From Deltaproteobacteria bacterium HGW-Deltaproteobacteria-4 (GTDB lineage Bacteria > Desulfobacterota > Desulfuromonadia > Desulfuromonadales > UBA2197), in the NCBI GenBank assembly GCA_002841765.1, contig PHAV01000006.1:1446-65445 (forward strand): a stretch of 64,000 nt of DNA. Reading direction: 5' to 3'. This document shows positions 56,687 through 64,000 of the stretch, piece by piece. Numbering within the stretch: the first letter of the stretch is position 1; the number at the start of each line of letters is the position of its first letter. The translations under genes were made by a program, and so were the position numbers. The notes beneath the pieces are model-generated. The model searched no databases. It was not told the DNA's origin and saw only the letters and a program-made list of their open reading frames with translations.

Positions 56687-58144
56687 TTAATGCAATGAAT
56701 CTTCAAAGACTTCATGGAAACCATGGGTGCCGAGTTCGTGCACTTTCATCAGATTCGTTGATCCGCGCGTTTCGATCGGGATCCCCATCGTCACTACGAT
56801 CAGATCGCCATGACGAAAGCCGACGGCCAGGAGTTTTTTCTCCACTGCCGAGATCTGCTGATCAGTATTCTCCATGATCCCGACTTCTGTACAGTGGACG
56901 CCCCAATAGAGCGAGAGGCGGCGACGGATCTCGGCCGATGCAGTAAAGGCGATGATCGGTGTGGTCGGACGAAAGGCCGAGATCAGGGCGGCGGTGCCGC
57001 CGGAGCGGGTGAAGACGGCAATCGCTTTGGCCTTGAGGATGGCGGCGGCATGACAGGACGATTCGGCGACGGCATGGGCGATGCTCGAACCGGAGCAGGC
57101 CGGCTTCCCCTCTTTGAGGATAAAGGTCGTATTCTCGACATCATGCGCTATCCGCACCATCGTTTCCACCGCTTCCAGCGGGTAATCGCCCGAGGCGGTC
57201 TCGGCCGAGAGCATGATGGCATCAGTGCCGTCGATAATGGCGTTGGCGACATCCGAGGTCTCTGCCCGGGTCGGCCGCGGATGGCGAATCATCGAGTCGA
57301 GCATCTGGGTGGCGGTGATAACCGGTTTACCGGCCTGATTGCAGGCATGGATGATCTTTTTCTGGTAAATCGGTACCTTCTCCGCTTCGATCTCGACCCC
57401 GAGATCGCCGCGTGCCACCATGACGGCATCGGTCGCCTGGAGAATCGATTTGAAGTTGCGCAGCGCTTCCGGCTTCTCGATCTTGGCGACGACCGGGGTA
57501 TCCATCCCTTTGGCGGTGATGATCTCTTTAAGTTCCTCAATATCGGCAGCAGTGCGGACAAAGGAGAGAGCGATAAAGTCGACCCCGGCCATCAGCGCAA
57601 AGTCGAGGTCGATCAGATCCTTTTCCGTCAGGCAGGGGGCCGACACTTTCACCCCCGGCAGATTGATCCCTTTGTTATTTTTTAACAGGCCGCCATTCAC
57701 CACCAAACAGCGCACCTGCTCCCCTTGCAGCGCCGTGACCCTCAGCTCCATCAAACCATCATCGAGGAGAATGCGTGAGCCGATCTGCACGTCGTGCGGC
57801 AACGAGCGGTAGATGGTCGGAATAACACCCTTCTCGCCGAGGACGTCGGCGGTGGTGATGACGACCTCTTGCCCTTTGGAAAGGAGCATCCCGTCTCCGG
57901 CCATCTTGCCGGTGCGGATTTTCGGGCCTTGCAGATCGGCGAGGATACCGACTTGTCGGCCGATTTTATCGGAAATCTGGCGGATGAGATGAATCAATTC
58001 GAGCTTTTGGGCATTCTCGCCATGGGAGAAGTTGAGGCGGAAGATATCGACACCGCTCTGGATGAGCTTTTTGACCATCTCGGGGGAGGAACTGACCGGG
58101 CCGAGAGTGGCCACGATCTTGGTTTTGCGGGTTGTTCTGGGCAT
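56687..58144 (-). CDS. pyk: Pyruvate kinase
   Basis: KTKIVATLGP, RLNFSHG, DLQGPKIR, VARGDLGVE, ATQMLDSM. Confidence 0.97.
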   Translation of the reverse strand: MPRTTRKTKIVATLGPVSSSPEMVKKLIQSGVDIFRLNFSHGENAQKLELIHLIRQISDKIGRQVGILADLQGPKIRTGKMAGDGMLLSKGQEVVITTADVLGEKGVIPTIYRSLPHDVQIGSRILLDDGLMELRVTALQGEQVRCLVVNGGLLKNNKGINLPGVKVSAPCLTEKDLIDLDFALMAGVDFIALSFVRTAADIEELKEIITAKGMDTPVVAKIEKPEALRNFKSILQATDAVMVARGDLGVEIEAEKVPIYQKKIIHACNQAGKPVITATQMLDSMIRHPRPTRAETSDVANAIIDGTDAIMLSAETASGDYPLEAVETMVRIAHDVENTTFILKEGKPACSGSSIAHAVAESSCHAAAILKAKAIAVFTRSGGTAALISAFRPTTPIIAFTASAEIRRRLSLYWGVHCTEVGIMENTDQQISAVEKKLLAVGFRHGDLIVVTMGIPIETRGSTNLMKVHELGTHGFHEVFEDSLH

Positions 58145-58356
58145 TTTGACTCCTTGTAGATAAAGTAGGTCAGGTTGAGAAATGAGATTTTTGTCATGGG
58201 AACTTGAGTGAGAGTCTGGCAGAGGAAATTACCAATGTCAAACGCGGCTTGCGTCTATTGATCGGGAAGGGGTAACGCGGCCACAAGATTAAAGTTAGTT
58301 ATTTGCATCCTGCCGCACCCCTGATATACTTCATCAAAAAAGGAGGTACTAACTTT

Positions 58357-58764
58357 ATGCAACTATCCATTCTCTTCCGGAAAACAGCACTGTTATTGAT
58401 TCTGCTCATGTCCTTTCATACCATCGTCGCTCCCCTCGCCGGTGCGGCCCTGATCGAGACTGAAACGTTGGTCAGCACACAAGCGGCGGACGCCAGTCGT
58501 GACCGTATCGTTGCGCTTCTGGCTCGCGAAGATGTCGGTGTCGCGCTACAGGAGCACGGTGTCAGCTCTCAGGAGGTGTTGCTCCGGGTCAACAGCCTCA
58601 CTGATCAGGAAGTGATGCGATTGGCGCAACAGATCGATGTTCTGCCGGTTGGCGCGGATAGCGGGGTCGGCAGTGTGATCGGCGCCCTCCTCTTTGTCTT
58701 TCTTGTCCTGCTCTTTACCGATCTCATGGGTTTGACTGATGTCTACCCCTTTGTGAGAAAATGA
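58357..58764 (+). CDS. PA2779-like exported protein
   Basis: LAREDV...L...GVS...RVNSLTDQE, C-terminal TM LFTDLMGLTDVYPFV. Confidence 0.8.
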   Translation: MQLSILFRKTALLLILLMSFHTIVAPLAGAALIETETLVSTQAADASRDRIVALLAREDVGVALQEHGVSSQEVLLRVNSLTDQEVMRLAQQIDVLPVGADSGVGSVIGALLFVFLVLLFTDLMGLTDVYPFVRK

Positions 58765-59699
58765 CCTGTCGAAAAGTTGTGAGCGCGGCCCTGATCGGGG
58801 CCGCGCTTCTTTTTTCCGGCGGTTGTACGTCGTTAGCACCGATCACCTATCCTGTTCCTTCTTCCCCGCGCCTGGCCGTCCCTTATTTCCCCCAGGATGA
58901 TTTCCAGTGTGGTCCTGCGGCCGTGGCCATGGTTATGGACTTTAACGGCGACGGCGTCCCTCTGCAGACCTTGACGGCTGAAATCTACTCTCCGGCTCTG
59001 CGCGGCAGTCTGCAACCGGCATTGGTCGCCGCCGGCCGCCGGCACGGCTGGCTTGCCTGGGAAATTTTCGACTTCGCCGCGATTCTGCAGGAAGTCGCCG
59101 TCGGTCGACCGGTGATCATCCTGCAAAACCGGGGGCTCTCCTGGAAACCGGTCTGGCACTACGCGGTGGTGGTCGGTTTTGACGCAACCAAGGGGCTGAC
59201 CTATCTCACCTCCGGTCGCGAGGAGCAGCGGCCGGTGGCGACGCGGACGGTACTGCATACCTGGGAACGGGGAGGGCGCTGGGGCCTCCTCCTTCTCCCC
59301 CCCGGTGCCTTGCCGGTCGTCGCCGATCCCGACAGCCTCCTTGCCGCTTTGATCGGACTGGAGCGCAGTGATGCTGTTGCGGTGCGTCCGAGTTATGCTG
59401 CTGCGGTGGCGCGATGGCCCGCCCATGCCGGCCTCTCTGTCGCCTACGGCAACCTGCTGCGCAAAGCCGGCGAGCCCGTGGCGGCAGAAGCCGCCTACCG
59501 CGCCGTGCTGGCAAAGGAGCCACGGCATGTGCCGGCCCTCAACAACCTCGCCGATCTTCTTCTGCAACTTGGCCGTCTCGACGAGGCATACGCCGCTGCG
59601 GTCGCAGCCGTTGATATTGATGGCCCCTATCGTGCCACCGTCATCGCGACCCTTCGAGAGATTGAACGCGCCGGAGGAGGTTCCACTGCGGGACGGTAG
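58761..59699 (+). CDS. PA2778-like C39-family cysteine peptidase with TPR
   Basis: VPYFPQDDFQCGPAA, WHYAVVVG, TPR tail. Confidence 0.85.
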   Translation: MTCRKVVSAALIGAALLFSGGCTSLAPITYPVPSSPRLAVPYFPQDDFQCGPAAVAMVMDFNGDGVPLQTLTAEIYSPALRGSLQPALVAAGRRHGWLAWEIFDFAAILQEVAVGRPVIILQNRGLSWKPVWHYAVVVGFDATKGLTYLTSGREEQRPVATRTVLHTWERGGRWGLLLLPPGALPVVADPDSLLAALIGLERSDAVAVRPSYAAAVARWPAHAGLSVAYGNLLRKAGEPVAAEAAYRAVLAKEPRHVPALNNLADLLLQLGRLDEAYAAAVAAVDIDGPYRATVIATLREIERAGGGSTAGR

Positions 59700-59838
59700 G
59701 GTTGAGGTCTGTCGTTGGCAGGATTTGTTGTCCAGGGGATTGTTAAAAAATCAGTCAACCTGATGTTGCTAAAAGTTTAAAGTTGGGTCAAGCGCCCTTG
59801 CCGCGCTGTTTTAATTGAATGAAAGGCAAGAGTCTTAA

Positions 59839-59880
59839 AACAAAACGCCGTCAGTCAGTGCTGGCTGGCGGCGTTTTGTT
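59839..59880. terminator. Bidirectional terminator
   Basis: AACAAAACGCCG...CGGCGTTTTGTT inverted repeat between convergent genes. Confidence 0.75.
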
Positions 59881-59979
59881 TTCGGCGGGACATCACACGA
59901 ATGACCGAATGTTCGACCGGAATTTTAAGCCTTTCCTATGAGACGATTTTGAGGGTGTTATTCCTGCGACCCTAGTCAG

Positions 59980-60966
59980 TTAATGTGCCCGCAGATCCGC
60001 TGCCACCCTAAATAGAGGGGATTCAACGTCAAGTTGTGAGAAGATCTCCTCGAAAACGTTCACCACGTCAGGACAGAAATGGGAGCCGGAATTTGTAGTG
60101 ATTTCACTTCTCGCCTGCGACGGGGTCAGGGCCTTACGGTAAGCGCGATCCGAAACCAGGGCATCATAGACATCAGCCACGGCTATGATGCGGGCTCCCA
60201 AGGAAATCTCCTTCCCTTGCAGGCCGTGATAGCCGGTTCCATCGAAGTGTTCATGATGCTGGAGGATGAAGGGGAGGAGCTCGAGGATTCGCCCTCCAAC
60301 CGGTTCAATGAATTTGGCTCCATGTTTTGGGTGTTTTTGGATCTGGGAGAATTCTTCACTTGTCAGTTGTCCCGCCTTGCCCAGTACTTCACTGGTCACA
60401 CCGATTTTGCCGATATCATGCAGCAGTGCTCCGATTCGAATGTTTTCCACTTCGTGCCGGGGACAGTCCATGGCCATGGCGAGTTTTTCTGCAATAAGCG
60501 AAACCCGGTAGGAGTGGTTGTGTGTTTCTTTGTCAACGGAGTCAATGACATGAGAGAGCATCTCGATAACACCGAGATAGGTCTTCTGGATTTCTTTGGA
60601 GAGTTTTTCTTTCCGCTCGTAAAGCAGGCCCATAGCGTAACCGGTGATGAGGAGAAACCCCCCCCACGTGACCAGGTCGAGCCAGCGCATGAGGGTTTCG
60701 TCCGCATTGAAACTGAAGGTTGCGGGGTAAACATAGGCCACGCTAAAGATTAGAATAACGGAGAAAAACGCGGCCAGGGTTGCGTAGCGTTTGCCGTAGA
60801 AGTAGGCCCCGAGAACTACGGGAAGATAGAAAAAGTTTAGAAACGCTCGTTGGTTTGCCACGTAGAAAAAGATGAAGCCGGTGATTGCGACAAGGAGGAA
60901 GATGATGATGAGTTCTTTGTCGACTTTCCAGTAACTGATAAAATCACGGTTAGCTTCCGTGTCCAT
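59980..60966 (-). CDS. Membrane-anchored HD-GYP protein
   Basis: N-terminal TMs, HSYRV, LHDIGK, HHEHFDGTGY, RAYR. Confidence 0.88.
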   Translation of the reverse strand: MDTEANRDFISYWKVDKELIIIFLLVAITGFIFFYVANQRAFLNFFYLPVVLGAYFYGKRYATLAAFFSVILIFSVAYVYPATFSFNADETLMRWLDLVTWGGFLLITGYAMGLLYERKEKLSKEIQKTYLGVIEMLSHVIDSVDKETHNHSYRVSLIAEKLAMAMDCPRHEVENIRIGALLHDIGKIGVTSEVLGKAGQLTSEEFSQIQKHPKHGAKFIEPVGGRILELLPFILQHHEHFDGTGYHGLQGKEISLGARIIAVADVYDALVSDRAYRKALTPSQARSEITTNSGSHFCPDVVNVFEEIFSQLDVESPLFRVAADLRAH

Positions 60967-61185
60967 GGTCGATGTCCCCTTGTCTCATTTGGTCGGCAAC
61001 AGAGGAGACGTTACCGCAAATCAGGAAGGTTATTTTAATATAAAGTTGGTGTCAAGGTTGATGATATCGTAGTTCGCTCCGATCCTTGCACCCTGCCTAG
61101 ATCATGCTAAGCTTTGAGAAAAGCAGTGGCGCCGCAGTAGCCGGAGAGACCGGATGCCCCGTTGCCACTCAACCTAGGAGGTTCT

Positions 61186-61404
61186 ATGGCCAAAACGCAT
61201 ATTCTTCCCACTAGTGCAGAGTCAGAGGAACTCAAGGAGAGTCTCACTCGCGGCGAAAAAAATCTCGATATTCTTGAAGTCCATGAGGCGGAACTCACCG
61301 CTGTCGAGCACAACATTCAGCAGGATATGAAACGCAAAGACCGCGAGTACAAAGATTCCCACTTCCACAGTATTCCCAAACCGATCAAGCACACCAGACC
61401 CTGA
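61186..61404 (+). CDS. Small hypothetical protein (72 aa)
   Basis: AGGAGG RBS, followed by a terminator. Confidence 0.65.
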   Translation: MAKTHILPTSAESEELKESLTRGEKNLDILEVHEAELTAVEHNIQQDMKRKDREYKDSHFHSIPKPIKHTRP

Positions 61405-61446
61405 TCTGTGAGCCCATTCCTGCCACGCACCGTGGTTCTCCCTATG

Positions 61447-61488
61447 ACAAAAGCGCCTCCGGTCGATAGAAACCGGAGGCGCTTTTGT
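61447..61488. terminator. Bidirectional terminator
   Basis: ACAAAAGCGCCTCCGGT...ACCGGAGGCGCTTTTGT. Confidence 0.85.
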
Positions 61489-61508
61489 GTGAGGCGTGGA
61501 GAGTCCGA

Positions 61509-63770
61509 TCAGGAATCGTTCTTCTTTGTTTCCTCGATCTTGCCGAAGGCGAGGTCGAAGATCTCCAGTAACTCTAGATTCTGCTTCGAGAGCATCATCG
61601 CATTGCCGACGATGGCGTAGTAAAGGATGCTAAGGCGGGTCTTGGACGTATTATCGGCAATCCGGGCAACCTGCCGGTTGTTCAGCTCGGCAGCGAGAGT
61701 CCGCAACTGAGCATCTTTTTCCTGTAGACGTTGCAGATTCGCGGTCTGTTTACGGCTGAAGGTCTCTTCCACCTCAAGGAGGATTTCGCGTAACAGTTGG
61801 CGAACCTGCTCCAACTCTGCGATCTGCACCGGCAGGAGACCCTTGTGATGGTTGCCGACGTGGGTGTAGGCGCGCAGGACAATATCTCGGTGGCCATCAG
61901 TAATTTTCTGCAAACGGCGGATCGTCTGGGCATACTTGTGTGAAACTGCCAGTCCTTTCTGGTCGAGAAGACGCATCGCTTTGAATACGTTGGCGATGAT
62001 GATATTCGACCACTGCTGCGCCTTATTCAGCTTTTTGCGCTCTACTCCCAGGCGATCCTGGTCCAGCCGGAAGAGGGCGTTAAGGGTCGTGTCGAGCGAT
62101 TCCCGGGTCTCCTTCAGCAACAGGCTCATGTGCTCGAAGGTCGTTTCGACACTTTCCCGGGGATTGTCGACCGACTTGAGGTTGAAGACCTTTTCCTGCT
62201 GCGCCTCTTTCTCCATGCTCTGATGCTTGCGGTGGGCATTCCAGATCAATGCTCCGGCAAGGAGGAGGAGGAAGATCACCCCGAAAGCCTGGCCATAGAA
62301 GATGACCGCGGCAAAGAGGCCGGCGGAGGTGAAGGCGATGACTGCGGTCAGAAACCAGCCGCCGATGACGGTGAGGACGCCGGTGATGCGGTAGACCGCA
62401 CTTTCGCGGCCCCAGGCCTGATCGGCGAAGGAACTCCCCATGGCGACCATGAAGGTAACGTAGGTGGTGGAAAGGGGAAGTTTGTAGGAGGTCGCGTAGG
62501 AGACGACGGCGCTGGCCACCATCAGGTTGACAGAAGCCCGCAGCAGATCGAAGGATGGCTTCTTCTCCCCGGTAATTTCTCCTTGGCCGGCCGCGGGATT
62601 GAGCCGGCGGCTGACAAAAATGCGGAGCCCTTTCGGAATAATGAGTTTAGCGGTTTCAAAGAGGTGTAGCACCAGGCGGACGATCGCCCGGGATAAAAAG
62701 ATCGATTCAAAACGTTCATTTCCTTCATCCTGCTGGCTGAGGCTGAGCTCGGTCTCAGTGACCGTTTTCGCCTTCTTTGACAGCCACAGAGTGACGACCA
62801 TGATGACCCCGGCGAGGAGGAGATAGAGGGTCTCGGTCTGCACTTTTTGTCCCAGCGCCCCCATGCTAACGGTCAGGGGATCAGCCGTCGCCATCGCTGT
62901 TTTGAAGGCTTCGATGCCGGCGAGGGGGACGCCGATGAAGTTGACCAGGTCATTGGCGGCAAAGGCCATTGCCAGGGCGAAGGTGCCGATCAAAACAATC
63001 GGTTTGAGGATGTTGAACTTGAGCAGCTGCAGGCTCTGCAGGAGGACGACAGAGGCCGCAAAGATCAAAAACAGGAGGAGGGCGGTATTGGCATTAATCC
63101 AGACAATGTTCTCTTTGGTGATGAAAGAGGCGCCCTTGGCCCCTTTGACCAGAATAAAATAGGTGATCGAGGTCAGGGCCATACCGCCCCAGAGTGCCCC
63201 GTACCGTCTGATTCTTTTCTGGTAATCGAAGGTAAAGAGGAGGCGGGTAAGGAACTGGACGAGGGCGCCGCAGACAAAGGAGATCGCCACCGAGAGTAAG
63301 ATCCCCATGATAATGGTGATCGCACTCGACGAGTTGATATAGCGGGCAATAGTCGTCAGGCTGTCGCCGGACTGCATGATCTTGAGGAAGGAGACGGCCA
63401 CCGCCGCTCCGAGGAGTTCGAAGACGACCGAAACGGTGGTGGAGGTGGGGAGACCGTAGGTGTTGAAGAGATCAAGAAGGATGATGTCAGTGATCATGAC
63501 CGCCAGAAAGATGGTCAAGAGCTCCGGCATGGTGAAGAATTCGGGATGAAAGATTCCTTTGCGGGCCACCTCCATCATTCCGCTGGAGAAGGTGACCCCG
63601 GCCATAATCCCGAGACTGGCGATGGCCATGATCGTCGCCCGTGGTGCCACGCGTGAACCGATGGACGAATTGAGGAAGTTGACGGCGTCGTTGCTGACTC
63701 CGACCATGATGTCGAAGACGGCAATGGTGACAAGGATTGCAACCCCGATCAGGAGAATTTCTGTGCTCAT
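61509..63770 (-). CDS. PiT-family inorganic phosphate transporter with C-terminal PhoU-like domain
   Basis: GVSNDAVN, GLPTSTT, AFAANDLVN, LPLSTT, helical soluble tail. Confidence 0.88.
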   Translation of the reverse strand: MSTEILLIGVAILVTIAVFDIMVGVSNDAVNFLNSSIGSRVAPRATIMAIASLGIMAGVTFSSGMMEVARKGIFHPEFFTMPELLTIFLAVMITDIILLDLFNTYGLPTSTTVSVVFELLGAAVAVSFLKIMQSGDSLTTIARYINSSSAITIIMGILLSVAISFVCGALVQFLTRLLFTFDYQKRIRRYGALWGGMALTSITYFILVKGAKGASFITKENIVWINANTALLLFLIFAASVVLLQSLQLLKFNILKPIVLIGTFALAMAFAANDLVNFIGVPLAGIEAFKTAMATADPLTVSMGALGQKVQTETLYLLLAGVIMVVTLWLSKKAKTVTETELSLSQQDEGNERFESIFLSRAIVRLVLHLFETAKLIIPKGLRIFVSRRLNPAAGQGEITGEKKPSFDLLRASVNLMVASAVVSYATSYKLPLSTTYVTFMVAMGSSFADQAWGRESAVYRITGVLTVIGGWFLTAVIAFTSAGLFAAVIFYGQAFGVIFLLLLAGALIWNAHRKHQSMEKEAQQEKVFNLKSVDNPRESVETTFEHMSLLLKETRESLDTTLNALFRLDQDRLGVERKKLNKAQQWSNIIIANVFKAMRLLDQKGLAVSHKYAQTIRRLQKITDGHRDIVLRAYTHVGNHHKGLLPVQIAELEQVRQLLREILLEVEETFSRKQTANLQRLQEKDAQLRTLAAELNNRQVARIADNTSKTRLSILYYAIVGNAMMLSKQNLELLEIFDLAFGKIEETKKNDS

Positions 63771-63822
63771 GTTGTCCGGTCCTTTCAGATTTTGTGGCGC
63801 ACTCTTTTTGACCTGTCAAAGC

Positions 63823-63999
63823 TCATGTCGTGGTGGCCGTCGGGTTACGCTGCACTAACCCGACCTGCTGTGAGGGAGCGGTGGGTACTTCAGTTTCGCT
63901 GTCTCCCTCTACCTGCTGCAATCGCCAAAGGCGGGCGTAGAGGCCGCCAGCGGCGAGGAGGTCGGTGTGGCTGCCGGATTCGCGGATGCGGCCGCGGCG
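63823..63999 (-). CDS. C-terminal end of an ABC transporter ATP-binding protein (partial, runs off right edge)
   Basis: RGRIRESGSHTDLLAAGGLYARLWRLQ matches the tail of MsbA-like exporters. Confidence 0.75.
   Translation of the reverse strand, partial: RRGRIRESGSHTDLLAAGGLYARLWRLQQVEGDSETEVPTAPSQQVGLVQRNPTATTT
63839..63868 (-). repeat. REP-like palindrome
   Basis: GCAG-GTCGGGTTA-GTGCAGCG-TAACCCGAC, resembling GTAG-family REPs. Confidence 0.55.
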
Positions 64000-64000
64000 A

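Noticed and set aside
1-64000. CRISPR array, rRNA, IS transposase, retron/RT, selenoprotein UGA read-through
   Set aside because: No regularly spaced repeats, rRNA motifs, DDE/RT motifs or convincing in-frame UGA with SECIS were seen by eye.

Overview
The window is bacterial chromosome, probably from a Desulfuromonadales/Geobacter-like organism (it carries a triheme c7/PpcA-type cytochrome), and holds two accessory islands in housekeeping DNA. Island 1 (<1 to about 12.6 kb, left end outside the window) has tandem tyrosine recombinases, two small accessory proteins and a RecD2-like helicase. These are followed by a Type I R-M operon (hsdR-hsdS-prrC-hsdM) that includes a PrrC-like anticodon nuclease. 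Island 2 is a 12,129-bp element bounded by 47-bp direct repeats of the 3' half of tRNA-Ala(CGC), with arm-type repeats at both ends. It encodes int, alpA, an HTH protein, an AAA_25 helicase, an iteron-like ori, a TerS-like protein, a helical protein whose C-terminus resembles a phage scaffold tail, and defence cargo (Dcm, Vsr, HNH, PD-(D/E)XK proteins), so it looks like a phage satellite. The core DNA includes HEAT/HD-GYP genes, coaE, IclR, UvrD, FKBP, Rrf2 with a cysK relic, a rhomboid, and a PhnD-like protein with a sensor kinase. It also has a B12 riboswitch-led cob operon ending in pabB (with a palindrome inserted in frame in cbiA), proAB, obgE, rpmA, rplU, mnmH, pyk and a PiT transporter. 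All family assignments come from motifs read by eye and from recall; no database searches were run.
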